Positions 9,025 to 20,123 of a stretch of 64,000 nucleotides of DNA are shown piece after piece; position 1 is the stretch's first letter, and every line of letters starts with the position of its first letter. The translations under genes were made by a program, and so were the position numbers. The notes under the pieces were generated by a model. It was given only the letters and a program-made list of their open reading frames with translations. It did not search any database and was not told the DNA's origin. This DNA comes from Polaromonas sp. (GTDB lineage: Bacteria > Pseudomonadota > Gammaproteobacteria > Burkholderiales > Burkholderiaceae_C). The DNA lies in the NCBI GenBank assembly GCA_031417995.1, contig JANOWR010000093.1, positions 1,447 through 65,446 of the forward strand. The letters run 5' to 3'.

Positions 9025-10836
9025 ATGAATCACATCAGAAATTTTTCGATCATTGCGCACATTGATCATGGCAAATCCACACTCGCAGACCGGATCATCC
9101 AGCGTTGCGGTGGTTTGCAGGACAGAGAGATGAGCGCTCAGGTTCTGGATTCGATGGATATCGAAAAAGAACGTGGGATAACCATCAAGGCGCAGACCGC
9201 TGCGCTTAAATACAAGGCACTTGATGGGCAGATTTACAACCTCAATCTGATTGACACGCCAGGCCATGTGGACTTCTCATATGAAGTCAGCCGATCGCTG
9301 TCTGCATGTGAAGGTGCGCTGCTTGTTGTGGACGCCTCACAAGGTGTTGAAGCGCAAACGGTAGCCAACTGCTACACCGCACTTGAACTCGGTGTAGAAG
9401 TTGTTCCGGTTCTTAACAAGATGGATCTGCCGAATGCCGATCCAGAAAATGCCAAGCAGGAAATCGAAGAGGTCATCGGCATTGATGCGACCGACGCGAT
9501 TCCATGCAGTGCCAAAACCGGCATGGGCATTGACGAGATTCTTGAAGCCGTGATCGCGCGCATCCCGTCGCCCAAAGGTAATCCTGATGGCCCGCTGCGC
9601 GCCATGATCATCGACAGCTGGTACGACGCCTATGTGGGCGTGGTCATGCTGGTGCGCGTGGTGGATGGCCGTCTGGCCAAAGGCGACCGCATCAAGCTGA
9701 TGGCCAGCGAGGCAATGTACAACGCCGAGCAACTGGGTGTGTTCACCCCGCATAATGAACCGCGACCGTCGCTTGAGGCGGGTGAGGTGGGATTTGTGAT
9801 TGCCGGCATCAAAGAACTGCAGGCTGCACGCGTCGGTGACACCATCACACGCATCAAGCCAGGCACGGGTGGGCTCAGTGCAACAGCCACTGAGGCCTTG
9901 CCTGGCTTCAAAGAAATCCAGCCCGCAGTGTTTGCAGGTTTGTATCCGTCAGAGGCCAGTGAATATGAATCCCTGCGTGATGCGCTTGAAAAGCTCAAAC
10001 TGAACGACGCCTCGCTTCACTATGAGCCTGAGGTCAGCGAGGCTCTGGGCTTTGGCTTCAGGTGTGGTTTTCTGGGGCTGCTGCACATGGAAATTGTGCA
10101 GGAGCGGCTCGAGCGCGAGTTTGACCAGGACCTCATCACCACCGCGCCCAGCGTGGTGTACGAAGTGCTCAAGGCCGATGGTGAAACCATCAAGGTTGAA
10201 AATCCATCGAAAATACCGGACGCTGGTCGCGTGAACGAGATTCGCGAGCCCATCGTCACCGTGCATTTATATATGCCGCAAGACTATGTGGGTGCCGTCA
10301 TGACGCTGGCCAACCAGAAGCGCGGCGTGCAGCTCAACATGGCTTACCACGGCAAACAGGTCATGCTGACGTATGAAATGCCGCTGGGTGAGATCGTTCT
10401 CGATTTCTTTGACAAGCTCAAATCTGTCTCGCGAGGTTATGCGTCCATGGACTACACCTTCAAGGAATTCCGCACATCGGATGTGGTGAAGGTCGATATT
10501 TTGCTGAACGGCGAAAAGGTCGATGCACTTTCCATCATCGTGCACCGCAGCCAGTCTGCCTACCGTGGCCGCGCCGTGGTGGCCAAAATGCGCGAGATCA
10601 TTTCACGCCAGCAGTTTGACGTTGCCATCCAGGCGGCGATTGGTGCCAACATCATTGCGCGTGAGACAATCAAGGCCCTGCGCAAAAACGTGATCGCCAA
10701 GTGTTATGGCGGCGATATTTCACGCAAGCGCAAGCTCCTTGAAAAACAAAAAGCGGGTAAAAAACGCATGAAACAAATCGGATCGGTTGAAGTGCCGCAG
10801 GAAGCCTTTTTAGCCATTTTGCAGGTAGAAGATTGA
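9025..10836 (+). CDS. lepA: Elongation factor 4
   Basis: [21 protein letters not shown]-terminal [18 protein letters not shown]. Confidence 0.98.
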   Translation: MNHIRNFSIIAHIDHGKSTLADRIIQRCGGLQDREMSAQVLDSMDIEKERGITIKAQTAALKYKALDGQIYNLNLIDTPGHVDFSYEVSRSLSACEGALLVVDASQGVEAQTVANCYTALELGVEVVPVLNKMDLPNADPENAKQEIEEVIGIDATDAIPCSAKTGMGIDEILEAVIARIPSPKGNPDGPLRAMIIDSWYDAYVGVVMLVRVVDGRLAKGDRIKLMASEAMYNAEQLGVFTPHNEPRPSLEAGEVGFVIAGIKELQAARVGDTITRIKPGTGGLSATATEALPGFKEIQPAVFAGLYPSEASEYESLRDALEKLKLNDASLHYEPEVSEALGFGFRCGFLGLLHMEIVQERLEREFDQDLITTAPSVVYEVLKADGETIKVENPSKIPDAGRVNEIREPIVTVHLYMPQDYVGAVMTLANQKRGVQLNMAYHGKQVMLTYEMPLGEIVLDFFDKLKSVSRGYASMDYTFKEFRTSDVVKVDILLNGEKVDALSIIVHRSQSAYRGRAVVAKMREIISRQQFDVAIQAAIGANIIARETIKALRKNVIAKCYGGDISRKRKLLEKQKAGKKRMKQIGSVEVPQEAFLAILQVED

Positions 10837-11825
10837 TGAGCACCGCGATCACAAAATCAATGAGCGCCATCACGGCAGTCGTTCTTGCCGTGTTTGTGGG
10901 CTACGGCGCTGCCTGGTACTTGGGTGTTGTGGAGGGCAACTTTTCACTGATGCTGTTTTTGGCAACGCTGGTCACCGGTGTTTATTGGCTGGCTGAGCGG
11001 TTTTACTTTTTGCCTGAGCGGCATAAGGCCGTTGATGCACTTGAAGAGGCGACTGCCAGGCGCCAGGTCGAGCTTGCCAAAATGGGCATCACCCAGGTTG
11101 ACCGTGATACAGGTGAGGCGCAAACCCGCCTCATCATGCAGCCCTGGTGGCTGGACTGGACGGCAGGGCTGTTCCCCGTCATCATCGTGGTGTTTTTGCT
11201 CCGCTCATTTTTGTTCGAACCCTTCAAGATCCCGTCGGGCTCAATGATTCCGACGCTGCTGATCAACGACCTGATTCTGGTCAACAAATTTCACTACGGC
11301 GTGCGCCTGCCAGTCATCAACCTGAAGGTACTTGACAACAACAGCCCGCAGCGCGGCGATGTGATGGTGTTCCGTTACCCGCCCAAGCCCAGCCTGGACT
11401 ACATCAAGCGCGTGGTGGGTGTGCCGGGTGATGAGGTGGCCTACCTGAACAAGAAGTTGACGATCAATGGAAAACCTGTGAGCAAAACGGCGCTGCCAGA
11501 TTTCTTTGATGAAGACACCCTGCGTTATGGCAAGCAGTTTGAGGAAATCAACGGCACAAAGAAATACCGGTTGCTCAATGATGACGACCGCCCGGCGTTT
11601 ATTCCTGGTACCGAGGACTTCCCTCACAAGCAAAATTGCCGTTACAGTAGCGAAGGGGTGGTTTGCAAGGTGCCCGAGGGGCATTACTTCATGATGGGTG
11701 ACAACCGCGACAACTCGCTGGACTCCCGTTACTGGGGTTTTGTGCCAGAGAAAAACATCGTCGGCAAAGCCTTTTTTGTCTGGATGAATTTTGGCAACCT
11801 CAAACGCATCGGTTCATTCAATTAA
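10836..11825 (+). CDS. lepB: Signal peptidase I
   Basis: EPFKIPSGSM, DYIKRVVG, GDNRDNSLDSRYWG. Confidence 0.97.
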   Translation: MSTAITKSMSAITAVVLAVFVGYGAAWYLGVVEGNFSLMLFLATLVTGVYWLAERFYFLPERHKAVDALEEATARRQVELAKMGITQVDRDTGEAQTRLIMQPWWLDWTAGLFPVIIVVFLLRSFLFEPFKIPSGSMIPTLLINDLILVNKFHYGVRLPVINLKVLDNNSPQRGDVMVFRYPPKPSLDYIKRVVGVPGDEVAYLNKKLTINGKPVSKTALPDFFDEDTLRYGKQFEEINGTKKYRLLNDDDRPAFIPGTEDFPHKQNCRYSSEGVVCKVPEGHYFMMGDNRDNSLDSRYWGFVPEKNIVGKAFFVWMNFGNLKRIGSFN

Positions 11826-11881
11826 CTTTGTCGATGGATGTCGTCAATTGATTCCGCGCATGGTTCAAGCAGGAGAAGCAT

Positions 11882-12232
11882 ATGAATAGCATGAAAAACA
11901 AGCAGCGTGGCATTTCGCTTATAGGCATTTTGTTTGTCGGTGGCGTGCTGGCTTTCTCGGGCATCATTGCCGCGCAGGTGTTCCCCACCCTGGTTGAATT
12001 CCAGGCCATTACCAAGGCTGCCAGCAAGGCCCAGACCGGAAGCTCGGTGGCCGAGGTACGAAGCCTTTTCGACAAGGCTGCGCAGGTTGATGACATCAAG
12101 TCAATCACAGCCAAAGATATTGAAGTGAGCAAGGAAGGTGACAAAACCGTTGTCACTTTCGCGTACAACAAAGAAATTCACCTCGGCGGCCCGGCCTATT
12201 TGCTGCTGAAGTACGCGGGTCGCTCTAAATAA
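11882..12232 (+). CDS. DUF4845-like protein
   Basis: KQRGISLIG pilin-like N-terminus; usual position between lepB and rnc. Confidence 0.8.
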   Translation: MNSMKNKQRGISLIGILFVGGVLAFSGIIAAQVFPTLVEFQAITKAASKAQTGSSVAEVRSLFDKAAQVDDIKSITAKDIEVSKEGDKTVVTFAYNKEIHLGGPAYLLLKYAGRSK

Positions 12233-12928
12233 GTGCGTGCCAGTTCTGCATCAGGTCCGAACTTGCTGGCGCTGCAAAAGCGCCTGGAGCATACGTTCTC
12301 AAATTCCAAGCTGCTGGTTCAGGCGCTGACGCACCGCAGTTTTTCGTCTGACCACAATGAGCGCATTGAGTTTCTGGGTGACTCTGTTTTAAATCTTGCA
12401 GTGGCTGACTTGCTGTATGAACGCCTGAAAGAATTGCCAGAAGGTGATTTGTCTCGTGCCAGAGCCAACCTGGTCAAACAGGAAACTCTGCACCAGGCAG
12501 CGGTGGCACTTGGTTTGCCGGATTTGCTGCGCCTGGGCGAAGGCGAGACCAAATCGGGCGGGCAAAAACGGCCTTCCATTTTGGCTGATGCACTTGAAGC
12601 TGTCATTGGCGCTGTGTATCTGGACGCTGGCTTTGAAGTCGCATCTGCGTTGGTTCGTCGCCTCTTCAATGACGTTGAAATCAATGCCCAGATGCAGGCC
12701 ATTGGCAAAGACCCCAAAACCGAATTGCAGGAATGGCTGCAAGGCAACAAAATGAGTTTGCCCATTTACCGCATCGTTGGTACGGAAGGGGCAGCGCACA
12801 AACAGACCTTTGACGTTGAATGCGAAATTGTCGAATACCGGCGTGCCGAACGCGGCACCGGCAACTCGCGCCGCGCAGGCGAGCAGGCCGCCGCGCTGGC
12901 GATGCTGGCGTTCATCAAAACACTATGA
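12233..12928 (+). CDS. rnc: Ribonuclease III
   Basis: [18 protein letters not shown], ds[14 protein letters not shown]. Confidence 0.96.
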   Translation: MRASSASGPNLLALQKRLEHTFSNSKLLVQALTHRSFSSDHNERIEFLGDSVLNLAVADLLYERLKELPEGDLSRARANLVKQETLHQAAVALGLPDLLRLGEGETKSGGQKRPSILADALEAVIGAVYLDAGFEVASALVRRLFNDVEINAQMQAIGKDPKTELQEWLQGNKMSLPIYRIVGTEGAAHKQTFDVECEIVEYRRAERGTGNSRRAGEQAAALAMLAFIKTL

Positions 12929-13950
12929 CTGACAAAAAATTGACACCTGACGAAGTTGCTGCGCAGGCCCAGGCTGCGGCCGTAGAGGCCATGATGGCCA
13001 AGGCATTTTCAAAACGGGCCAGTACGGCCTCGGCCAGTGATGAATCGGCCAAAGACATCCCGCCTCTTGACACCCAGCGCTGCGGCCTGATTGCCATTGT
13101 GGGCAAACCCAATGTGGGCAAATCCACCTTGCTCAATGCACTGGTAGGCCAAAAGGTCAGCATCACCTCACGCAAGGCGCAAACCACGCGGCACCGCATC
13201 ACCGGCATGCGCACCGTCGGGCCCACGCAGTTTGTGTTTGTTGACACACCCGGTTTTCAAACCCGTCATGGCAACGCCTTGAACAGGTCATTGAACCGTA
13301 CCGTTGTGGGCACCGTCAACGACGTGGATCTGATTGTGTTTGTGGTCGAGGCAGGCCAGTTCAACCAGGCTGATGAAAAGGTACTCAACCTGTTGCCGCC
13401 TGCAACGCCCGCCATTTTGCTGGCCAACAAGTTTGACCTGATTCACCGCCGGGGCGACATTGCGCCGTGGCTGCAAATGATGCAAACCAAGCGTGACTTT
13501 GCCGAGTTTGTACCCATGTCTGCCAACAGTGCCAAAGACGTGGAGCGCGTGTTTGGCATTTGTGAGAAGTATTTGCCGCAGCAAGCCTGGATGTACGAGG
13601 CTGATGCGCTGACCGACCGCAGCGACCGCTTCATGGCGGCCGAGATGATCCGGGAAAAGCTCTTTCGCCTGACGGGTGACGAGCTGCCCTATACGTCAAC
13701 GGTGATCATCGACAAGTACGAGCAAGAGGGCAACCTGCGCAAAATCGCCGCCACGATTGTGGTCGAGCGCGACGGCCACAAGGGCATGATCATTGGCGAC
13801 AAGGGTGAAAAGCTCAAGCGCATGGGCACCGAGGCGCGCCATGAGCTGGAGGCGCTGACGGGCAACAAGGTGTTTCTTGAAATCTGGGTCAAGGTTCGCT
13901 CAGGTTGGGCCGACGATGAAGCACGCGTGAAAACCTTTGGCTATGAGTGA
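12925..13950 (+). CDS. era: GTPase Era
   Basis: [25 protein letters not shown] domain; ATG overlaps rnc stop. Confidence 0.96.
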   Translation: MTDKKLTPDEVAAQAQAAAVEAMMAKAFSKRASTASASDESAKDIPPLDTQRCGLIAIVGKPNVGKSTLLNALVGQKVSITSRKAQTTRHRITGMRTVGPTQFVFVDTPGFQTRHGNALNRSLNRTVVGTVNDVDLIVFVVEAGQFNQADEKVLNLLPPATPAILLANKFDLIHRRGDIAPWLQMMQTKRDFAEFVPMSANSAKDVERVFGICEKYLPQQAWMYEADALTDRSDRFMAAEMIREKLFRLTGDELPYTSTVIIDKYEQEGNLRKIAATIVVERDGHKGMIIGDKGEKLKRMGTEARHELEALTGNKVFLEIWVKVRSGWADDEARVKTFGYE

Positions 13951-13959
13951 GCGCAAACC

Positions 13960-14709
13960 TTGCCTGTCAAACGCATCGCCGATGAACCCGCTTACGTCCT
14001 GCACCGCTACGACTGGAGCGAGTCCAGTCTGATTCTGGAGGTGTTCACCCGCACCTATGGCCGGGTGGCGCTGATTGCACGCGGTGCCAAAAAGCCCAGC
14101 TCCAACTTCAGGCCCATCTTGTTGCCGCTGCAGCCGCTGCACATTGCCTTTGGCGGTGATGCTGAAATCCGCAACCTCAAAAGCGCTGAATGGCAGGGCG
14201 GCCATGTCATGCCGACGGGCGATGCGCTGCTGTCGGGCTACTACTTGAATGAGCTGCTGATGCGCCTGCTGGCACGTGACGACCCGCACCCTGTGCTCTT
14301 TGATGCGTATGCCGCCACCGTGCAGTTGCTGGCCAGCCAGAGCATTGATACGCGGCAAGTTGCACTGCGCGCTTTTGAGCTGCGCCTGCTGCGCGACATT
14401 GGGTTTTTGCCTTTGCTAGACGCGCAAACCGCCACCCTGGCCACGCTGGATGCAGACACCCCCTACGTGTTGCTGGCCGAGGCGGGCTTGCGCGAAGCAC
14501 ATGACGACGACCGCAGCGCCCTGAGCGGTGCGCAATGGCTGGCCCTGCAACAGGCGCTCGACGGTGACGCACCCTTTGTAGACACCATGCACGCCTGCGT
14601 CAACCACTTGCCCGAACTTAAAACCCAGTTGCGCGCGCTGCTGCACTACCATTGCGATGTCAAGGTTTTAAAAACCCGGCAGATGATGATGGACTTGCAG
14701 GCATTGTAA
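13960..14709 (+). CDS. recO: DNA repair protein RecO
   Basis: [28 protein letters not shown]; synteny. Confidence 0.95.
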   Translation: MPVKRIADEPAYVLHRYDWSESSLILEVFTRTYGRVALIARGAKKPSSNFRPILLPLQPLHIAFGGDAEIRNLKSAEWQGGHVMPTGDALLSGYYLNELLMRLLARDDPHPVLFDAYAATVQLLASQSIDTRQVALRAFELRLLRDIGFLPLLDAQTATLATLDADTPYVLLAEAGLREAHDDDRSALSGAQWLALQQALDGDAPFVDTMHACVNHLPELKTQLRALLHYHCDVKVLKTRQMMMDLQAL

Positions 14710-14712
14710 AAA

Positions 14713-15483
14713 ATGACACATAAAACAGCTCTCTCAGTCAACGTCAACAAGGTTGCCTTGCTGCGCAACACCCGGCACCTCGGCATTCCCGACGTGGTGC
14801 GCGCAGCGCGCCTGTGCCTGGAAGCAGGTGCCAACGGCATCACCGTTCACCCGCGCCCTGACGAGCGTCATATCCGCAGCGCCGATGTGTTTGAAATTGC
14901 CGCGATGATGAAAGATTGGCCTGACCGGGAGTTCAACATTGAGGGCAACCCGTTTCAAAATTTGATGGGCTTTGTGCATGATTTGTCGGCACGTGGCCTG
15001 CCGCTACACCAGTGCACCTTTGTGCCCGACAGCGAAGACCAGTTCACCAGCGACCACGGCTGGGTGTTTCCTGACGATGCCGAGCGCTTGAAGCCTCTGA
15101 TTGAACAGGCCCATGACAGAGGCGTACGTGTCAGCCTGTTCATGGACCCTGTCTCCGAAGCCATGGCTGCAGCCAAGGCCGCTGGTGCAGACCGGGTCGA
15201 GTTTTATACCGAAAGCTACGCCAGCGCTTGGGGCAGTGATCAAAAAGGGGAAGCATTAAGCCGTTTTACCCAATCAGCACGAGCGGCAGCAGCTGTTAAT
15301 TTGGGAGTCAACGCAGGCCATGACCTGAACCGTGACAACCTCACTGAGTTCTTGAAAGCCGTGCCCGGTGTGCTGGAGGTGTCGATTGGTCACGCGCTGG
15401 TGGCGGATGCGCTGGAGTTGGGATATGCGGCAACTGTTAAAGACTATTTGCGTTGCATTGACAGCGCTTTTGAGCTTTCATGA
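14713..15483 (+). CDS. pdxJ: Pyridoxine 5'-phosphate synthase
   Basis: [32 protein letters not shown]. Confidence 0.96.
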   Translation: MTHKTALSVNVNKVALLRNTRHLGIPDVVRAARLCLEAGANGITVHPRPDERHIRSADVFEIAAMMKDWPDREFNIEGNPFQNLMGFVHDLSARGLPLHQCTFVPDSEDQFTSDHGWVFPDDAERLKPLIEQAHDRGVRVSLFMDPVSEAMAAAKAAGADRVEFYTESYASAWGSDQKGEALSRFTQSARAAAAVNLGVNAGHDLNRDNLTEFLKAVPGVLEVSIGHALVADALELGYAATVKDYLRCIDSAFELS

Positions 15484-15875
15484 TCTTTGGCGTGGGCACA
15501 GATATCTGCGACGTGCGCCGCATACGCGCCAGCGTTGAACGCCATGGCGAGCGCTTTGCCAAAAAAATCCTGAGCGACGGCGAAATGAAAACCTGGCAAG
15601 AGCGCAGCGCCCGCTGGCCAGACCGTGGCGTCAGCTACCTCGCGACCCGCTTTTCAGCCAAAGAGGCTTTCAGCAAAGCCATCGGCATGGGCATGCGCAT
15701 GCCCATGACCTGGCGCAACTGCGAAATCGCCAAAGAGGCCAGCGGCAAACCCTGCATCGTGCTGCTCGGGGCACTGAAAGAATGGTTTGACGCGCGCCAC
15801 TTGTCCGCCCATGTCAGCGTGACAGACGAAACTGACTATGCCGCCAGTTTTGTCGTGATTGAGCATAAAATTTAA
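15480..15875 (+). CDS. acpS: Holo-ACP synthase
   Basis: [19 protein letters not shown]. Confidence 0.96.
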   Translation: MIFGVGTDICDVRRIRASVERHGERFAKKILSDGEMKTWQERSARWPDRGVSYLATRFSAKEAFSKAIGMGMRMPMTWRNCEIAKEASGKPCIVLLGALKEWFDARHLSAHVSVTDETDYAASFVVIEHKI

Positions 15876-15886
15876 GCTTTTTGGCA

Positions 15887-15954
15887 TCTTTTTACCCATC
15901 AAATTGGCCTCTAGCCCATTAGATTCGGGCGAAAGCAGCTTCTGAATGAATAGC
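15887..15954 (-). repeat. Dispersed repeat copy (acpS-nagZ intergenic)
   Basis: Reverse complement GCTATTCATTCAGAAGCTGCTTTCGCCCGAATCTAATGGGCTAGAGG aligns with family. Confidence 0.8.
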
Positions 15955-15969
15955 AACTGAAAAGCAAAC

Positions 15970-17028
15970 ATGACCCAACACGCCCCCCTCATCATCGATA
16001 TCGCAGGTTTAAGCCTGACCAAAGACGACCGTCGCCGCCTGAAAAATCCGCTCACAGGCGGCATCATTCTGTTCGCCCGCAACTGGGAAAATCGCGCGCA
16101 ACTTACCAGCCTGTGTGCGGCCATCAAAAGCATTCGCAAAGACCTGCTGATTTGTGTGGACCACGAAGGCGGGCGCGTGCAGCGCTTTAAAACCGACGGT
16201 TTTACCCACCTGCCGCCCATGCGGGCTTTGGGCGAGTTGTGGATGAAAGACCAGCTGGCAGCGACCAACGCCGCCACCGCCTGCGGCTATGTGCTGGCCG
16301 CCGAGCTGCGCAGTTGTGGGGTTGATTTCAGCTTCACGCCGGTGCTTGATTTGGACTTTGGCGAGAGCAGCGTCATCGGCGACCGCGCCTTTGGCCGCGA
16401 CCCGCGCGTCGTCACCTTGCTGGCCAAAAGCCTGATGAACGGCCTGCTGCAGGCGGGCATGATGAACTGCGGCAAACACTTCCCCGGTCATGGCTTTGTC
16501 AAAGCGGATTCTCACCATGAAATTCCGGTCGATAAACGCAGCCTCAAAGCCATTCTGGCTGACGATGCCGCCCCCTACGAGTGGCTGAACACCACGTTGA
16601 CCAGCGTCATGCCTGCCCACGTGATTTACCCCAAGGTGGACAGTCGCCCGGCGGGCTTTTCAGAACAATGGCTGACCTATATTTTGCGCGGCCAACTTGG
16701 CTTTGGTGGTGCGATTTTCAGCGACGACCTGAGCATGGCCGGTGCGCGCATCATCGACGGCAAGCAGGTCAGTTACACCCAGGCGGCCATCACCGCGCTG
16801 AATGCTGGCTGCGACATGGTGCTGCTATGCAACCAGTCGGTTGATGATGGCAAGGCTGTTGACGAACTGCTTGACGGCATGACTGAAGCGCTCATGAAAG
16901 GCCGCTGGGAAGCGCTGGAATCCAGCGAGCTGCGCCGACTCGATTTGCTGCCCACCACCCGCGCCCACGCCTGGGACGACCTGATGCTGCACCCGGCGTA
17001 CATGCATGCGATGGGTTTGATTCCGTGA
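15970..17028 (+). CDS. nagZ: Beta-N-acetylhexosaminidase GH3
   Basis: VDHEGGRVQRF, KHFPGHG, FSDDLSM. Confidence 0.95.
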   Translation: MTQHAPLIIDIAGLSLTKDDRRRLKNPLTGGIILFARNWENRAQLTSLCAAIKSIRKDLLICVDHEGGRVQRFKTDGFTHLPPMRALGELWMKDQLAATNAATACGYVLAAELRSCGVDFSFTPVLDLDFGESSVIGDRAFGRDPRVVTLLAKSLMNGLLQAGMMNCGKHFPGHGFVKADSHHEIPVDKRSLKAILADDAAPYEWLNTTLTSVMPAHVIYPKVDSRPAGFSEQWLTYILRGQLGFGGAIFSDDLSMAGARIIDGKQVSYTQAAITALNAGCDMVLLCNQSVDDGKAVDELLDGMTEALMKGRWEALESSELRRLDLLPTTRAHAWDDLMLHPAYMHAMGLIP

Positions 17029-17948
17029 ACTTCGTTCGCTTCGCAAAAGTTGCGTCGTTGACCATCGCCTTGCTGGCTGGCGGTGTGATGGCGCAGTCAG
17101 GCACGCCAGTCCGCGTTGGCTCCAAAATCGATACCGAGGGCAAGCTGCTGGGCCACATGATGGTGCTGGCGCTGGAGGCCAACGGCATCAAAACGCAAAG
17201 CAAAGTCTCGCTCGGCAACACACAGGTCATGCGCGGCGCCATCACAGCGGGTGAGATTGACATGTACCCCGAATACACAGGCAACGGTGCGTTCATTTTT
17301 GCGGAAGAAAAAAGCCCCGTCTGGAAGAACCTGCAAACAGGTTACGAGCGCGTCAAGGCGCTGGACTATGCCAAAAACAAAATCGTCTGGCTGCCACCTG
17401 CGCCTGCCAACAACACCTGGACGATTGCGGTGCGCAAAGATGTGGCTACGGCCAACAAACTCGTCACGCTCGATGACCTGTCAAAGTGGCTGCTCGGCGG
17501 CGGTACCTTCAAGCTCGCCGCGTCGGCAGAATTTGTCGAACGGTCTGATGCGCTGCCAGCGTTTCAGACGGCCTACAACTTCAAACTCAAGCCCAACCAG
17601 TTGTTGACACTGGCTGGCGGCGACACGTCAGTCACTGTGCGCGCCGCGTATGAAAAAACATCAGGCGTGAACGCCGCCATGTCCTACGGCACGGACGGCG
17701 CGCTGGCGGCGCTGGGACTGGTGATTCTGGAAGACACCAAAGGCGTGCAGCCCGTGTATGCACCGGCTCCTATCATTCGGGAAGACGTGCTTCAAAAGAA
17801 CCCGAAAATCGCTGAGACGCTGGCACCCGTCTTCAAGCTGCTGGACCGTCCCACCTTGCAAATGCTGAACGCCAAAATTCAACTGGAGGGACAGGACGCC
17901 AAAAAAGTCGCTGGGGATTTTTTGAAATCCAAAGGCTTGTTGAAGTAA
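17025..17948 (+). CDS. osmF: Osmoprotectant ABC substrate-binding protein (OsmF/YehZ family)
   Basis: VGSKIDTEG, GEIDMYPEYTG, NNTWTIAVR. Confidence 0.88.
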   Translation: MNFVRFAKVASLTIALLAGGVMAQSGTPVRVGSKIDTEGKLLGHMMVLALEANGIKTQSKVSLGNTQVMRGAITAGEIDMYPEYTGNGAFIFAEEKSPVWKNLQTGYERVKALDYAKNKIVWLPPAPANNTWTIAVRKDVATANKLVTLDDLSKWLLGGGTFKLAASAEFVERSDALPAFQTAYNFKLKPNQLLTLAGGDTSVTVRAAYEKTSGVNAAMSYGTDGALAALGLVILEDTKGVQPVYAPAPIIREDVLQKNPKIAETLAPVFKLLDRPTLQMLNAKIQLEGQDAKKVAGDFLKSKGLLK

Positions 17949-17958
17949 CTTTGCCGCG

Positions 17959-19128
17959 ATGACTGACCACAAGCGCCGTAACCCTGTACTGGCAAGCTTG
18001 TCGGTGCTGATGGTTTTCGCGTTGTACGGCTTGCCGTTTTTACAGATAGCGCCCAACCGTCTTGTGTCTGGGCAACCGGTTTATTTTTTCTCCATCATTC
18101 CTGCCTTGGCCTGTTTGCTACTTGTCGTGCTTGTAGCGTTCGCTGCCGTGGCGATGTTCAAGCCAGCACGAGCTTGGCTTTTTGCTGCGTTGGTGATGTC
18201 TGCTGCGATGTTGCCCAGCCTGCTTTGGCTGGCTGCAAGCCAGGCCAGCATCAGCCTGCAAGGCGCGTTGCCCATTGCAAGAGCTTCATTGGGCAGTGCG
18301 TTCTGGGTAGCACTGGTGCTGCTGGGCTTTATCGTCAGCAGTGCCTTGCAGCAGTTGCGCGCCACAGCGCTTCAAACGGCTGCGGTGTGCTTTGCGCTGC
18401 TGCTGGCATTCGGCGCTTTGCAGTCTGGCAGTGTGTGTGACGATTTGTCGCTGATGAAGGAATACGCCAACCGCGCCGACAGCTTTGCACAAGTTGTTGC
18501 CCGGCATGTGCAGATTATTCTGTTGGCGCTGACGTGTACGCTGATCATCGGTCTGCCACTGGGTTGGGCTGTGCACACGCATGCCAAGCCGGGCAGGGCG
18601 TTGCTGCCCATGCTCAACATCATTCAAACCATTCCGTCGATTGCGCTGTTTGGTTTGTTGATGGCACCGCTTGCTCTTCTGGCTGCCAGTTTTCCAACGT
18701 TAGGACGCGCTGGCATCAGTGGCGTAGGTCTTGCGCCTGCGGTGATTGACTTGACGCTGTATGGCTTGCTGCCTGTGGTGCGCGGCACGCTGGCTGGCTT
18801 GCAGCAGGTGCCCAGTGCCATGGTGCAGGCCGCGCGTGCGCTGGGGTTAACGCGGGTTCAAATATTGATCTCTGTCGAGCTGCCGCTGGCTTTGCCCGTG
18901 CTGCTGGGCGGCGTGCGCACGGCGGCTGTCAGCAGCGTGGGGCTGGCTGCCGTCACGGCGCTGATTGGTGCGGGTGGCCTGGGCAGCATCTTGTTTGAAG
19001 GCTTGTTTGCCAACGCGCAAGACGTGGTGCTGTTGGGCGTATTGCCCATCATTGCGCTGGGGGTGTTGGTTGATGCGTTGTTCAAAGTTCTATTGGCTTT
19101 GGCTCAGCGGCGGGTGCAGCCGTGGTGA
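17959..19128 (+). CDS. yehY: Osmoprotectant ABC permease (YehY-like)
   Basis: [29 protein letters not shown]-loop AARALG. Confidence 0.85.
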   Translation: MTDHKRRNPVLASLSVLMVFALYGLPFLQIAPNRLVSGQPVYFFSIIPALACLLLVVLVAFAAVAMFKPARAWLFAALVMSAAMLPSLLWLAASQASISLQGALPIARASLGSAFWVALVLLGFIVSSALQQLRATALQTAAVCFALLLAFGALQSGSVCDDLSLMKEYANRADSFAQVVARHVQIILLALTCTLIIGLPLGWAVHTHAKPGRALLPMLNIIQTIPSIALFGLLMAPLALLAASFPTLGRAGISGVGLAPAVIDLTLYGLLPVVRGTLAGLQQVPSAMVQAARALGLTRVQILISVELPLALPVLLGGVRTAAVSSVGLAAVTALIGAGGLGSILFEGLFANAQDVVLLGVLPIIALGVLVDALFKVLLALAQRRVQPW

Positions 19129-19847
19129 TGAAGAACCCGTTGATTTGGGTTGCTGCCTTGCTGGTTGCGCTGGTCATGCTGCTGCCGCATTCAGCGCCGC
19201 TGTTCGCCTGGCTGTTTCCCCAGCTTGAGCGCCCGGTGTACACGCAGGAGCCGTTTGCATGGCTGCTCTGGCAGCATGTGCTTCTGGTGGGTGCGTCCAG
19301 TTTGTTTTCGGTTGTGGTAGGCAGTGCCATCGGCATGTGGGTCACGCGCCCGGTGGGGCAGCACTTCAAACCACTCGTTGAAAGTGTGTTGGCCATGAGC
19401 CAGGCTTTCCCGCCCGTGGCGGTGCTGGCCTTGGCTGTGCCCGTGGTCGGCTTTGGTGAGCTGCCCGCGCTGCTGGCCCTGGCGCTGTATGGTTTGCTGC
19501 CCGTAGTGCAGGGCACCGTCAGTGGTTTGCAGGGCGTACCAGCAGCGCAGTGGCAAGCGGCATTGAGCTTGGGGCTCACGCCGCGTGAGTCCGTTCGCTA
19601 CATCGACATACCACTGGCGCTGCCCGTGTGGCTATCGGGTGTGCGAACGTCCGTCATCATCAACATCGGTACAGCGGCCATTGCGTCAACCGTCGGTGCC
19701 AAAACCCTGGGCTCGCCCATCATTGTGGGCCTGAGCGGCTTTAACACCGCCTATGTGTTGCAGGGTGCGATATTGGTGGCCTTGTTGGCGGTGATGGTGG
19801 ACATGCTGTTTGAAAAGCTGGCGCAGCGCGTCGCCTGGCAACATTGA
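19122..19847 (+). CDS. yehW: Osmoprotectant ABC permease (YehW-like)
   Basis: [32 protein letters not shown]. Confidence 0.85.
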   Translation: MVMKNPLIWVAALLVALVMLLPHSAPLFAWLFPQLERPVYTQEPFAWLLWQHVLLVGASSLFSVVVGSAIGMWVTRPVGQHFKPLVESVLAMSQAFPPVAVLALAVPVVGFGELPALLALALYGLLPVVQGTVSGLQGVPAAQWQAALSLGLTPRESVRYIDIPLALPVWLSGVRTSVIINIGTAAIASTVGAKTLGSPIIVGLSGFNTAYVLQGAILVALLAVMVDMLFEKLAQRVAWQH

Positions 19848-19850
19848 GAT

Positions 19851-19969
19851 TACTATAAATTTAATAGCTGCTTGCGCCCGAATCGATTGGGCTACAGGCA
19901 TTTTTGATACCTGAAAACGGCGATTTTTGCCTTCAAAAACCTCAATTCAGGTGATTTGCAGATGCGAAA
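19851..19969 (+). repeat. Left copy of 119-bp direct repeat
   Basis: Identical to 29758-29876 except C19918 vs A29825. Confidence 0.95.
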
Positions 19970-20123
19970 AGTGCTTTCAGCCCAATTTTTTGAGCGCAAG
20001 CAGTTTCAGATTTGATCGTCATGACTCTTTGAGTGTCAAGTCTGTGTGCCTGATATTCGCTTGTCGATTTTGTACGTTCAACTTTAGAATGCATCAGGCA
20101 GTCATTGATGCTCAAACCAGACC

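Noticed and set aside
12355-12390. Single-residue oddities (rnc NERIEF vs NERLEF; Asp in yehY AVIDLT)
   Set aside because: Isolated substitutions cannot be separated from ordinary variation or sequencing error without reads or orthologs.
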